A stretch of 64,000 nt of DNA from an uncultured virus (IMG/VR IMGVR_UViG_2061766007_000135). Taxonomy: Duplodnaviria > Heunggongvirae > Uroviricota > Caudoviricetes. The stretch is taken from IMG/VR virus record IMGVR_UViG_2061766007_000135. One strand, 5' to 3'. Both the position numbers and the translations under genes were made by a program. Shown one piece after another: positions 1 to 10,421 of the stretch. The notes under the pieces were generated by a model. It saw nothing but the letters and a program-made list of their open reading frames with translations, was not told the origin of the DNA and ran no database searches. Position 1 is the stretch's first letter, and each line of letters opens with the position of its first letter.

Positions 1-1512
1 TCTGCAGCGCTGCTTTTAAATTATATGCATGATATTGCACCATCCACAGTAGAGGAGCATTGGAAATATGGGCTACATAAGGTCAAGACTCATGGCATCG
101 ACATGGACAATATCCCCGAAGGAACTAAACTTGTCGTCGCGCCAGATAGTTCCAGTAATGAGCAAAACAAGCATTACGAACTCTGCGCCAAAGGTGTGGA
201 TGTCATCGTACTCGATCACCATGAAGCCGACAACACAGTTGGCGATCCAGCAATTATCGTCAACAACCAGTTGTGCGCCTATCGGAACAAGTTCCTCTCG
301 GGTGTTGGAGTGGTCTATAAAACCTTGCAATGTTGCGACTCTTTACGACACATTCACGGAGCCGTAAATTGGTTTTTAGATTTGGTTGCGCTTGGTTTAA
401 CCGGCGATATGATGGACGTGCGCTCTCCTGAAACAAATTATTATATTACAGAAGGTTTTACTCAAGTTCGGAATCCATTTTTTGTATATCTTGCAGATAA
501 AAATGAATATTCTATGGAAGGGAAGTTTACTCAGCATTCTGTGGCTTGGTATATTGTACCATTCATTAATGCAGTTACAAGAATTGGGACTGATGAAGAT
601 AAATTATTAGTATTTGAAGCAATGCTTTCTTGGAAAGCTGGTCAGCTTATTTTAAGTGATAAGCGTGGCGCAAAAGGAGAAGAAGAACTTCGTGTTGTAC
701 AAGCTGTACGACATGCTTCAAATGTAAAACGACATCAAGATGAAGAGAAGAAAAAGTTACTTGATGCCATGTATGTTAAAATTGAAAAATATCACTTGGC
801 CGACGAGCCACTAATTATAATTCAGAATAAGGGAGTAGAAGATGATGATCCTATTCGTGGTATTACTGGGCTTGTGGCTAATAGTATCATGGCCACCTAT
901 ACTAAACCAACTCTCATACTTAATGAGATTACGAATCCAGAGACTGGCGAAATTACTTGGTCGGGAAGTGGAAGAGGTTTCAATACTGGCCGTGTTGATA
1001 ATTGGCGTGATTATATTAACAATACCGGCTGTGCCATTTTCGCTGAAGGCCATGCTATGGCTTTTGGTGTCGCTTTTACTCCGGATGGACTCGAACAATT
1101 CAAGACCCGCGTAAGAGAAGACTTCGGAACAACTCAGTTTGAGACTATATATGAAGTCGATTTTGTTTGGACTATGGCAGATAATTTTGATGATATTATC
1201 ATAAATATCGGTCGATATAAAGATATATGGGGACAAGGCGTGCCAGAGCCCCTAGTTGCGATTGAACATATTAAAATTGACGATCCTATTCAAATTAATT
1301 TACTTAATAAAGGTGCATTAAGAATTGATTTAAAACCATCACAAACTTCATTATTGAAATTTGGTAGTAATATAGAAGAATATCAAGAATTACTTGGTAA
1401 AACAATTACAGTAGTTGGTACTTGTGATATTAATGATTATGGTGGACATGAATATCCACAAATTCGTATTAAGGATTATTTCTTTGAAACTGTTTCAGCA
1501 TGGGATTTTTGA
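1..1512 (+). CDS. recJ: RecJ-like ssDNA exonuclease (DHH family), 5'-truncated by window edge
   Basis: Frame open from position 1; VLDHH, LSGVGVVYK, DLVALGLTGDMMD, GSGRG and EGHAMAFG motifs; ends TGA. Confidence 0.9.
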   Translation, partial: SAALLLNYMHDIAPSTVEEHWKYGLHKVKTHGIDMDNIPEGTKLVVAPDSSSNEQNKHYELCAKGVDVIVLDHHEADNTVGDPAIIVNNQLCAYRNKFLSGVGVVYKTLQCCDSLRHIHGAVNWFLDLVALGLTGDMMDVRSPETNYYITEGFTQVRNPFFVYLADKNEYSMEGKFTQHSVAWYIVPFINAVTRIGTDEDKLLVFEAMLSWKAGQLILSDKRGAKGEEELRVVQAVRHASNVKRHQDEEKKKLLDAMYVKIEKYHLADEPLIIIQNKGVEDDDPIRGITGLVANSIMATYTKPTLILNEITNPETGEITWSGSGRGFNTGRVDNWRDYINNTGCAIFAEGHAMAFGVAFTPDGLEQFKTRVREDFGTTQFETIYEVDFVWTMADNFDDIIINIGRYKDIWGQGVPEPLVAIEHIKIDDPIQINLLNKGALRIDLKPSQTSLLKFGSNIEEYQELLGKTITVVGTCDINDYGGHEYPQIRIKDYFFETVSAWDF

Positions 1513-1537
1513 CAAACTAAGAAAGTTATGGTATAAT
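1509..1537 (+). promoter_or_regulatory. sigma70/sigmaA promoter with extended -10
   Basis: TTGACA (1509-1514), 17-nt spacer, TG-n-TATAAT (1529-1537): perfect consensus. Confidence 0.85.
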
Positions 1538-1539
1538 AT

Positions 1540-1800
1540 ATGAAGAATGAGAAATTTGTAGTTGTTCAATTCCCGTTTGAAGAATATGATGCTTGTAGAA
1601 TACAAGATATTTTTGAAGCAATTAGCACACGAGTCGCCAATGTTACTGGTATGGAAACTATTATGATTCCAAGCGATTGTACTTGGAATCTTTTAACAAG
1701 AGAACAGTTAATTAATATAAGAAATACGATTGATATATTATTGGAGAACAAAAATGACTTTAACAGCGAAACAAGAGCAAGGATTGAAAATTGCGGTTGA
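1540..1800 (+). CDS. Hypothetical protein (86 aa)
   Basis: ORF filling the gap between recJ and the helicase; overlaps the helicase start; its ATG lies only 2 nt after the -10 box, so the start is uncertain. Confidence 0.55.
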   Translation: MKNEKFVVVQFPFEEYDACRIQDIFEAISTRVANVTGMETIMIPSDCTWNLLTREQLINIRNTIDILLENKNDFNSETRARIENCG

Positions 1801-2944
1801 ACGCTATAATAACCATGAGCCTTATACTGTCATTGCTGGTTATGCGGGTGTTGGTAAATCTACATTAATTCGTTTTATTATCGCCGCATTGAATTTAAAT
1901 CCTTGGGAACTGGCTTATATCGCATATACTGGTAAAGCTGCGCAAGTATTACGAAATAAAGGCTGCCCCAATGCAATGACTGCTCATAGACTTTTATATA
2001 AATCGCATCCAAGAGAAGATGGTACTTTTGTACATATCCCAGTAGAAACATTAGCTCCACGTAAATTAATTGTAGTTGATGAAATTTCTATGCTGCCTAA
2101 AAAAATGTGGGAACAACTACTTTATTATAAAATTCATGTTATTGCTCTTGGTGACCCTGGTCAGTTACCTCCAGTAGCCGCCGAAAATAATGGTGTGCTG
2201 GAACATCCTCATATTTTTTTGGATGAAGTTATGCGGCAAGCCGCGGAAAGTGAAATTATTCAATTAACTATGGATATACGCGCGGGCAAACCATTGCAAT
2301 ATAAATCTGGCAATGAAGTTCGTATTGTAACGCGTGAAGAATTATTAAAACCTGGATTTTTATTTTGGGGAGATCAAATTATTGTTGGTAAAAATGAAAC
2401 ACGACGTTATATCAACAATAAAATGCGTGAAAGCTATTGGAAAGATCAATTTCAAGAAGAACCAATCATAGGTGATAAATTAATTTGTTTGCGCAATGAC
2501 TGGGAATTTATTAATGACACTAATGATGCTTTAGTTAATGGCTTAACAGGCACATTAACGAAAATAAGACAAGTGACTGATGGGCCGCAATTTAATCCTT
2601 GGATGGATAAAACCTTATTAATTGACTTCCAGCCCGATATAGAAGATACAGCGCCTTTTTCTGAAATTGAAGTTGATTATAAATTGTTATTAACTGGTAC
2701 AACAACAGTCACTAGAGGGCCAAATAGTAATTGGAAAAAGATCCCTAAATTATATCATCCTCATGAATTTGATTATGGATATGCTATTACGTGTCATAAA
2801 GCACAGGGTAGCGAATTTGATAAAGTAATTGTCCTAGAAGAATTTTTAAAAAGTGAAAGTCGTTTAGATCATATTCGCTGGCTTTATACCGCGGCAACGC
2901 GTGCGGCAAAAAAATTAATTATCGTCAAAAACTTTCACACTTGA
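1754..2944 (+). CDS. RecD/Dda-like SF1B DNA helicase
   Basis: GYAGVGKS Walker A, VVDEISM, GDPGQLPPV, YAITCHKAQGSEF, LYTAATRA; GGAG SD before ATG 1754. Confidence 0.9.
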   Translation: MTLTAKQEQGLKIAVERYNNHEPYTVIAGYAGVGKSTLIRFIIAALNLNPWELAYIAYTGKAAQVLRNKGCPNAMTAHRLLYKSHPREDGTFVHIPVETLAPRKLIVVDEISMLPKKMWEQLLYYKIHVIALGDPGQLPPVAAENNGVLEHPHIFLDEVMRQAAESEIIQLTMDIRAGKPLQYKSGNEVRIVTREELLKPGFLFWGDQIIVGKNETRRYINNKMRESYWKDQFQEEPIIGDKLICLRNDWEFINDTNDALVNGLTGTLTKIRQVTDGPQFNPWMDKTLLIDFQPDIEDTAPFSEIEVDYKLLLTGTTTVTRGPNSNWKKIPKLYHPHEFDYGYAITCHKAQGSEFDKVIVLEEFLKSESRLDHIRWLYTAATRAAKKLIIVKNFHT

Positions 2945-2969
2945 AAAAGATAAAAAGTTATGATAAAAT
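2941..2969 (+). promoter_or_regulatory. sigma70/sigmaA promoter upstream of the DNA polymerase
   Basis: TTGAAA-N17-TAAAAT with extended TG; spacer shares AAAGTTATG with the 1509 promoter. Confidence 0.7.
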
Positions 2970-2997
2970 ATATACAGGAAATAAATGAAAGAGGATT

Positions 2998-5900
2998 GTG
3001 AAAATGGCATTTTTTAATGATCACAACCATACCATGTATAGCAATCTACGTCTTATTGATTGTATTAATAAGCCAAAAGACCTGATTGATAAAGCAATTC
3101 AATTAGGTCTTTCTGGCATTGCGATTACAGATCATGAGGCATTGTGTTGTCATATTGAAGTTAATCAATATGCAGCAAAAATCCGTGAAACACATCCTGA
3201 TTTTAAAATTGCATTAGGCAATGAAATTTATCTTACAGATACACGTGGTCCTGCTGCAGGTCCATATTATCATTTTATTCTCATAGCTAAAGATGCTCTT
3301 GGACATAAAGCTTTAAGAATTTTAAGTTCTAAAGCTTGGTATAATATGTATTATGCTGGTATGGAACGTGTCCCAACTTTAAAAAGTGAATTAGCAGAAG
3401 TAATGAAAGAATATAAGGGACACGTAATTGGTACAACAGCTTGTATTGGCGGAGAATTAGGTCATAATCTTTTAGATATGAGATTAGCTGAAAAAGCTGG
3501 ATTGCCGCCATTACCAGATAATCAAGAAAATATTGACCGTTATATGCGGTTTTGTATAGATACTTTTGGCGAAGATTTTTATATTGAGTGTGCGCCTGGT
3601 GAAAGTGCAGAACAGATTTATGTAAACCAGAAACTTTGTGATATTTCAAAGCAATATGGTGTATTAATGGTTCCTGGTACAGATAGTCATTATTTAAGTA
3701 AAGATTTGAGATTTGCGCATAAAGCATATTTAAACTCAAAAGATGGTGAACGTGAAGTAGATAGTTTCTATGAATATTCATATCTTATGAGTGAGGAAGA
3801 ATGTGCAGAGCATTTACGCAAAAGTGGAATGAGTGATGAGTGGATTCAATGGATGTTTGAAAATACTCAGTTAATGCAAAAAAGTATTGAAGATTATGAT
3901 TTAACTCGTCCTCAGCAAATCCCAACAGTGCCAGTCCATCCGCCAGTTAAAAGTGCGTGGTGGGGTGTAAATAACCCATATGCAGATGATATGTCTTGTT
4001 ATCCAGTGTTGCAATCTTTGTTTGTTTCAGATGAACCGCAAGAGCGGCAATGGATACATGATGTCTGGGATGCGCTCAATGAAAAAATAGGATTGTGGGC
4101 AGATAATGATGTATACGTACAAAGGCTTGAAACTGAAGCGACGGTCATCAAAAATATTGGCGAAAAGCTTGGAACTTGCTTGTTTGCTTATTTTAACACT
4201 TTTAAACATTATATTGACTTGTTTTGGGATTGTGGCAGTATTGTTGGCCCTGGACGCGGGAGCGCTACTGGTTTTCTCAGCAATTACTTATTGGGAATTA
4301 CGCAACTTGATCCGATCAAATGGAACTTACCTTGGTGGAGATTTTTAAATAAAGAAAGAGCAGAACTTCCTGATATTGACATTGACTTGGCTCCAAGTGT
4401 TCGTCCATTGATTTTTGAAAAGATTAGAGAAGAACGTGGAGAGCTTGGTTTGGTTCAAGTTGTTACATTTGGAACTGAAGCAACTCGAAGTGCAATTCAA
4501 ACAGCATGTCGTGGTTATCGTGGTCCTGGTGCTGGTTACACAGAAACAATAGTACCAAGTGGTCATCAAGAAGTTGTTGAATTATATAAAGATGGTATTG
4601 ATATTGATACAGCGAACTATTTAACATCACTTATTCCACAAGAGCGTGGTTTTCTTTGGTCTTTTGAAGAATGTATTTATGGTGATGAAAGTAAAGGTCG
4701 TCGTCCAGTACAACCATTAATTGCAGAATTTAATAAGTACCCAGGTTTGATTGACATTGTATTGAATATTGAAGGATTAGTAAAGTCAAGAGGTATTCAC
4801 GCATCAGGTACAATTTTATATGATCCAGCAACGTTATATGATACTGCGGCAATTATGCGCGGGAAAGATGGAGATTTAACAACTTGTTATGATCTTCATA
4901 TGGCAGAAGCCGCAGGAGATACAAAATATGATTTCCTCGTAACAGAAGTTTGCGATAAAATGATTCAATGTCTTAATCTATTAAAAAAAGATAAGCAAGT
5001 TGAAGATTTAAGTTTACGAGAATTATATGATAAGTATTTGCATCCAGAAAAAATTGATACAACTAATCCGGAAATTTGGAAACATTTGGCCGCTGGAGAT
5101 ATTTTGGATGTTTTCCAGTTCAATAGTGGTGTAGGATTGGCGATGGCAAAAGCTATTAAAGCCACTAATCCTCTTGAAATGACCGCAGCAAATGCAATGA
5201 TGCGATTGATGTCAGAACCTGGCACAGAAAGTCAGCAAGATAGATATATTCGTATTCGTGATGGTGGCATTGAACTTTTTGATATGGAAATGCAGAAAGC
5301 TGGGCTGCCAGAAAAAACAATTGCGGCAATGCATCAATATTGTGACACCTATTATGGGTGTTGCGCAATCCAAGAACAAATGATGCAAATCTTAATGGAT
5401 AAAGATATTGCAAATTTTAGTTTGAAAGATGCAAATGATGCTCGTAAGATTGTTGCAAAAAAGCAAATGAAACGTATTCCAAAATTGCGGCAAAAGGTAT
5501 ATGATGCGATTGGTGATGAACATAAAGCAGATTATATTTGGGAAGTCGCCGTTCGTCCTCAGTTAGGATATGCATTTAGTCTGAATCATAGTTTACCTTA
5601 TAGCTTTGTTGGTATTCAAACGATTATATTGGCGACACAGTTTAGTCCTGTATATTGGAATGCAGCCTGTTTGATTGTAAATAGTGGAGCTGTTGATCCA
5701 GAAGAAAAAGGACAAACAGACTATGGTAAAATTGCAAAAGCGGTAAATGATATTAAAAGTCGTGGCATCACCGTTGCGCCGATTGATATTAATGTATCTG
5801 AATATGGATTTACTCCAAATGCAGAAACTAATTCTATTATGTTCGGCATGAAAGGTCTGTTGAATGTAGGAGAAGATGTAATCGCGGCAATTGTAAATAA

Positions 5901-6930
5901 TCGTCCATATAATAGTTTTGAAGAGTTCTGCGCAAAAGTGAAATTAACTCGTCAACCTATGATTTCATTAATTAAATCTGGTGCTTTTGATAAGTTTGGT
6001 GAACGTAAACGTATCATGGCACAATATCTTTGGATCACATGTGATAAAAAGAAACGTATTACATTGCAGAATATGGCGGGTTTAATTCGTCGGAATATGT
6101 TGCCAGAAGAATTAAAAGAGCAATGTCGTATCTTTGAATTTAATCGTTATTTAAAAGATAGATGTAAAAATGCAATGGCGCCAAATGGATATTTATTGGA
6201 TGAACGCGCATTCGGATTTTTGAATGAGTATCCAGTAGAATTTAATTTGGAGCATAAATGCGGATGTTATTGGTTAGCAGAAAAAGAATGGGATAAAGTT
6301 TATCAGGCCGAAATGGATAAAGTAAGAAACTGGATGAAAAATGATCAAGCAGAAGCACTATATCGGCTTAATAAAGAAATCTTTGAAGATGATTGGCATA
6401 AATATGCAACTGGTAACTACTCAAGTTGGGAAATGGAAGTTATGTGTTTATATGATCATGAACACGAATTAGCAAAAGTTAATCGTAGTAAATATGGTTT
6501 AAGTGATTACACAAAACTTCCTGAAGAACCAGTAGTAGAGACATTGTGGCGTGGTCGCATCCCAATTTATCGGTTGTCTCGTATTGCTGGCACAGTTATT
6601 GCAAAAAATAAAATGAAGTCTTTGATTACATTATTGACTGTTGAAGGTGTTGTCACAGTTAAATTTACAAAAGAGTATTTTGCAATGTTCGATAGACAAA
6701 TTAGTCAAAAAGGCAATGATGGAGTAAAGCATGTAGTTGAGCGTTCGTGGTTTCAGCGTGGTAGTATGTTAATTATCACTGGAATGCGACGTGGGGATGA
6801 ATTTGTTGCGAAAAAGTATTCAGCGACACCTGGACATCAAATGTATAAAATTGATACAGTTCTTGCTAACGGTGACTTAGCATTGCGCGCTGAAAGAGCA
6901 ACAGGAGAGAGTGAAGATGAAAGCGAGTAA
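2998..6930 (+). CDS. dnaE: DNA polymerase III alpha subunit (DnaE-type, family C)
   Basis: PHP domain (HNHTMYS, AITDH, GNEIY, TDSHY), GPGRGSA, PDIDID catalytic motif, GIHASG, GYAFSLNHS; start GTG 2998 or ATG 3004. Confidence 0.95.
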   Translation: MKMAFFNDHNHTMYSNLRLIDCINKPKDLIDKAIQLGLSGIAITDHEALCCHIEVNQYAAKIRETHPDFKIALGNEIYLTDTRGPAAGPYYHFILIAKDALGHKALRILSSKAWYNMYYAGMERVPTLKSELAEVMKEYKGHVIGTTACIGGELGHNLLDMRLAEKAGLPPLPDNQENIDRYMRFCIDTFGEDFYIECAPGESAEQIYVNQKLCDISKQYGVLMVPGTDSHYLSKDLRFAHKAYLNSKDGEREVDSFYEYSYLMSEEECAEHLRKSGMSDEWIQWMFENTQLMQKSIEDYDLTRPQQIPTVPVHPPVKSAWWGVNNPYADDMSCYPVLQSLFVSDEPQERQWIHDVWDALNEKIGLWADNDVYVQRLETEATVIKNIGEKLGTCLFAYFNTFKHYIDLFWDCGSIVGPGRGSATGFLSNYLLGITQLDPIKWNLPWWRFLNKERAELPDIDIDLAPSVRPLIFEKIREERGELGLVQVVTFGTEATRSAIQTACRGYRGPGAGYTETIVPSGHQEVVELYKDGIDIDTANYLTSLIPQERGFLWSFEECIYGDESKGRRPVQPLIAEFNKYPGLIDIVLNIEGLVKSRGIHASGTILYDPATLYDTAAIMRGKDGDLTTCYDLHMAEAAGDTKYDFLVTEVCDKMIQCLNLLKKDKQVEDLSLRELYDKYLHPEKIDTTNPEIWKHLAAGDILDVFQFNSGVGLAMAKAIKATNPLEMTAANAMMRLMSEPGTESQQDRYIRIRDGGIELFDMEMQKAGLPEKTIAAMHQYCDTYYGCCAIQEQMMQILMDKDIANFSLKDANDARKIVAKKQMKRIPKLRQKVYDAIGDEHKADYIWEVAVRPQLGYAFSLNHSLPYSFVGIQTIILATQFSPVYWNAACLIVNSGAVDPEEKGQTDYGKIAKAVNDIKSRGITVAPIDINVSEYGFTPNAETNSIMFGMKGLLNVGEDVIAAIVNNRPYNSFEEFCAKVKLTRQPMISLIKSGAFDKFGERKRIMAQYLWITCDKKKRITLQNMAGLIRRNMLPEELKEQCRIFEFNRYLKDRCKNAMAPNGYLLDERAFGFLNEYPVEFNLEHKCGCYWLAEKEWDKVYQAEMDKVRNWMKNDQAEALYRLNKEIFEDDWHKYATGNYSSWEMEVMCLYDHEHELAKVNRSKYGLSDYTKLPEEPVVETLWRGRIPIYRLSRIAGTVIAKNKMKSLITLLTVEGVVTVKFTKEYFAMFDRQISQKGNDGVKHVVERSWFQRGSMLIITGMRRGDEFVAKKYSATPGHQMYKIDTVLANGDLALRAERATGESEDESE

Positions 6931-7498
6931 AATTATAGTTTGTCTTGTGGGCAAGAGTGGATCTGGCAAAGATACACTCGCCCACAAACTCGCCGAGCAA
7001 GTAGGTTGGAATAATGTAATTTCATGTACTACTAGACCTCGTCGAGAATATGAAGTCGATGGTAAAGATTATTTCTTTATTTCAAATGAAGAATTTGCTA
7101 AAAAAGTTTTAGATGGCGATTTATTGGAAGCTACTTATTTTAACACTTGGCACTATGGAACAATGAAATCGACATTAAGAGATGGTATTAATGTCGGCGT
7201 TTGGAATCCTGAAGGTTATGATTGTTTGCGAGAAACTGTAAAATTTGATCCAGAGATTAAATTATTTGCTTATTATCTTCAGTGTGATGATAAGACTCGT
7301 CTATTGCGGCAATTAAATCGTGAAGAGCATCCTGACGTACATGAAATTGTGCGTCGATTCGGTACTGATGAAGAAGATTTTGAATGGCTAGACAATGATG
7401 ATATTCCAACTCTTCGAAATGAAAATTGGGATCATATGCAGTGGAATCAAAACTATATTACAAATATTGTAAATACTTATTTGGACAATCAAGGTTAA
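6917..7498 (+). CDS. gmk: Guanylate kinase-like nucleotide kinase
   Basis: GKSGSGKDT P-loop, SCTTRPRREYEVDGKDYFF, YGT; ATG 6917 has the better SD spacing. Confidence 0.88.
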   Translation: MKASKIIVCLVGKSGSGKDTLAHKLAEQVGWNNVISCTTRPRREYEVDGKDYFFISNEEFAKKVLDGDLLEATYFNTWHYGTMKSTLRDGINVGVWNPEGYDCLRETVKFDPEIKLFAYYLQCDDKTRLLRQLNREEHPDVHEIVRRFGTDEEDFEWLDNDDIPTLRNENWDHMQWNQNYITNIVNTYLDNQG

Positions 7499-7527
7499 GC
7501 AATCTACTTTAATCTTGATATATAATG
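7482..7527 (+). promoter_or_regulatory. Putative phage-specific promoter/regulatory motif, copy A (TGGRCAW-N7-TAA-N2-AA-N2-TA)
   Basis: 30/46 ungapped identity to the motif at 51252-51207 (-); lies just upstream of nrdD. Confidence 0.45.
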
Positions 7528-7554
7528 TATGTCTATAAAGGGGGATTGTATATC

Positions 7555-9885
7555 TTGATTACAAAACGTGATGGTCGAAAAGTAGAATTTGATGGCAATA
7601 AAATTCGTATTGCTGTCGCAAAAGCATATTGGGATCCAGAATGGGCACCAGAAAAACCTTTTCCACCTTATATAGAAGATATTGTATCTTATATTGAAGA
7701 TGAAAATGAAGCCTATGATATTTCAGTAGAAGAAATTCAAGACATCGTTGAAGAATTTTTAATGAAATTTGATCCTAAAACTGCACGACGTTATGTGCGT
7801 TATCGTTATAAGAAAGAAGTAATTCGTGAACAACGTGATGACTTCTTTATGCGCTTAAAGCCAAAAATTGAAGCAACAGACGTACAAAATCAAAATGCTA
7901 ATATAGATGAATATTCTTTTGGTGGCCGCAAAGGAGAAGCAGATGCGGCGGTAATGAAAGAATATGCATTAAATTATTTAATGAGTGATATGGCACGTGA
8001 TAATCATATTAACAATATGATTTATACACATGACTTAGATGCTTATGCTGTTGGTATGCATAATTGCCTCACAATTCCTTTTGATGATCTTTTAGCTAAA
8101 GGTTTTAATACACGACAAACTGATGTGCGACCTGCCAATAGTATCAATACTGCATTTCAATTAATAGCAGTTATTTTTCAGCTACAATCATTACAGCAAT
8201 TTGGTGGCGTTTCAGCTAGTCACTTAGATTGGACTATGGTGCCTTATGTGCGGAAAAGTTTTTGGAAGCATTATTTAGATGGATTAAATTTCGTTTGGGA
8301 TAAAAATATAAAAAATGCGCGTGAACCATTTAGAAATTTTATTCGTAGTAATATTGATGTAGTTAATACTTCTATTGAGGACAATATATATAAAACTGCT
8401 AATATGACTGTACCATATGATTGTGTATTAAGTATATATAATTATGCTATGGAAATGACGAAACGAGAATTATACCAAGCTGTAGAAGGTATGTATCATA
8501 ATCTTAATACTTTACAATCTCGCTCTGGCAATCAACTTCCATTTACCTCTATTAATTATGGTACTTGTACTTTACCTGAGGGCCGTATGGTAATTCGTGC
8601 ATTATTGGATGGTTCACTTAATGGCATTGGAAAATTACATCGAACTTCTGTATTTCCTTGTGGCATTTTCCAATGTATGAAAGGTGTCAATAGAGCACCT
8701 GGCGATCCTAATTATGATTTATTTTGTCTAGCATTAGAAAGTACTGCAAAACGTTTATATCCTAATTATGCTAATTGTGATTGGAGCGGTAATGAAGGAT
8801 ATGACCCAAATGATCCTTGCACTTATTTTAGCACAATGGGTTGTCGTACAGCTAATGGTAAAGATATTAATGTTGAACCTGGAGTTAATGCACAACGTAA
8901 AGATGGACGCGGTAATTTGTGTCCTGTAACGATTATACTGCCTACTCTGGCGATGATGGCCAAGGATGCTTGGCAAGATATTCAAAAGCTAGATAGTGCA
9001 TCCGTTGAGGATGGCACGCGCGGAGACGTAGACGAGAAACCAAAAACGCTCTGGGAAATTTTTATGGCAATTCTTGATACCAAGATTGTCGAAGCAAAAG
9101 ATCAACTAATTGAGCGTTATGAATATATGTGCAAGCAAGATCCTCGTTCTGCGCAATTTATGTATGAAAATCATACAATGTTAGGTTACCATCCAGAAGA
9201 AGGTATTCGTTCTGCATTAAAACATGGGACTCTTACTATCGGACAACTTGGTATAGCCGAAACACTTGAAATTCTTATTGGCACGAACCAGTGTCATCCC
9301 GAAGGTATGAAAGCTGCTAAAGAAATTGAAGAATTATTTAAGAAGCGTTGTAGTGAATTTAAAAACACTTATCGTCTGAACTTTGGTGTTTATTATACAC
9401 CTGCCGAAAATCTTTGTTACACCGCAATGAAGAAATTCAAGAAGCGCTATGGTGTTATTCCTAAAGTATCTGATCATGAGTATTTCACCAATAGTATTCA
9501 TGTGCCAGTTTGGGAAAAGGTTGGAGTACTTGATAAAATTGATATTGAATCTCAGTTAACTGGTTATAGTAACGCTGGTTGTATCACTTATGTAGAATTA
9601 GAAACTGGTATTGCTAATAACTTAAAAGCAATGGAACAAATTGTAAATTATGCAATGGATCATGATATTCCATATTTTGCAATCAATGTTCCGAATGATA
9701 CTTGCTTAGATTGCGGCTATACCGCGGAATTTAATGATTGTTGCCCAGTTTGCGGCAGTCCACATATTCAGCAGCTACGTCGTGTAACTGGATATTTAAC
9801 TGGCAATTATAAAACTGCATTTAACTGGGGCAAACAAAAAGAAACTGAGGAACGAGTAAAACATACAGGAAGGATGGACATTTAA
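7555..9885 (+). CDS. nrdD: Anaerobic (class III) ribonucleoside-triphosphate reductase
   Basis: N-terminal ATP cone (ITKRDGRKVEFD), HNCL, MGCRT, TPAENL, CxxC...CxxC Zn site, glycyl-radical RRVTGYL; probable TTG start after GGGGG SD (ORF track start 7525). Confidence 0.95.
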   Translation: MITKRDGRKVEFDGNKIRIAVAKAYWDPEWAPEKPFPPYIEDIVSYIEDENEAYDISVEEIQDIVEEFLMKFDPKTARRYVRYRYKKEVIREQRDDFFMRLKPKIEATDVQNQNANIDEYSFGGRKGEADAAVMKEYALNYLMSDMARDNHINNMIYTHDLDAYAVGMHNCLTIPFDDLLAKGFNTRQTDVRPANSINTAFQLIAVIFQLQSLQQFGGVSASHLDWTMVPYVRKSFWKHYLDGLNFVWDKNIKNAREPFRNFIRSNIDVVNTSIEDNIYKTANMTVPYDCVLSIYNYAMEMTKRELYQAVEGMYHNLNTLQSRSGNQLPFTSINYGTCTLPEGRMVIRALLDGSLNGIGKLHRTSVFPCGIFQCMKGVNRAPGDPNYDLFCLALESTAKRLYPNYANCDWSGNEGYDPNDPCTYFSTMGCRTANGKDINVEPGVNAQRKDGRGNLCPVTIILPTLAMMAKDAWQDIQKLDSASVEDGTRGDVDEKPKTLWEIFMAILDTKIVEAKDQLIERYEYMCKQDPRSAQFMYENHTMLGYHPEEGIRSALKHGTLTIGQLGIAETLEILIGTNQCHPEGMKAAKEIEELFKKRCSEFKNTYRLNFGVYYTPAENLCYTAMKKFKKRYGVIPKVSDHEYFTNSIHVPVWEKVGVLDKIDIESQLTGYSNAGCITYVELETGIANNLKAMEQIVNYAMDHDIPYFAINVPNDTCLDCGYTAEFNDCCPVCGSPHIQQLRRVTGYLTGNYKTAFNWGKQKETEERVKHTGRMDI

Positions 9886-10421
9886 TGCGCTACGCTGGTA
9901 TTATATATGATGATACTGCGGCAGCTCCTGGACTTTGTTTGTCCTTCTATACTCAGGGCTGTCCAATCCATTGTTTAGGTTGTCATAACCCTGAGACTTG
10001 GGATGAAGAAGGCGGCTACGAATTTACTACAGATACAATGAATCATATCTTAGCTGGTATTCAAAAGAATGGGATTGTTCGTAGCTTTGCGGTATTGGGT
10101 GGGGAGCCACTCTCCCCACATAATGCCTTTTTAACAGCAATGGTTGTCCAAACTGTTAGAGAGCATTTCCCGCAAATTCCAATTTGGGTTTGGTCGGGTT
10201 ATGAAATGTCAGAAATTATTGCAACTTCTAATAGCCCGCATATTCGAATGATTTTATCCAAAGCTGACGCATTAGTTACTGGTCCTTATAAAGAAGAACT
10301 ACGTGATATTAGACTACCATATCGAGGTAGTAGTAATCAAAAAATATTTTTGGTTGACCGTCAAAAAAATCTATGGTATAATAAAGAAAATGAAAGAGAG
10401 GAGTATAGCCCATATGCCTGA
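9885..10421 (+). CDS. nrdG: Anaerobic RNR activating enzyme (radical SAM)
   Basis: GCPIHCLGCHNPETW, LGGEP, RGSSNQ; TAATG coupling to nrdD. Confidence 0.93.
   Translation: MRYAGIIYDDTAAAPGLCLSFYTQGCPIHCLGCHNPETWDEEGGYEFTTDTMNHILAGIQKNGIVRSFAVLGGEPLSPHNAFLTAMVVQTVREHFPQIPIWVWSGYEMSEIIATSNSPHIRMILSKADALVTGPYKEELRDIRLPYRGSSNQKIFLVDRQKNLWYNKENEREEYSPYA
10354..10382 (+). promoter_or_regulatory. sigma70/sigmaA promoter embedded in the nrdG 3' end
   Basis: TTGACC-N17-TATAAT with extended TG; GAGGAG SD and ATG 10414 follow. Confidence 0.75.

Noticed and set aside
2998..9885. Inteins or introns in dnaE and nrdD
   Set aside because: Lengths are near normal and no splicing or homing endonuclease motifs were seen; only short variable loops (about 4520-4590 and 8960-9060)
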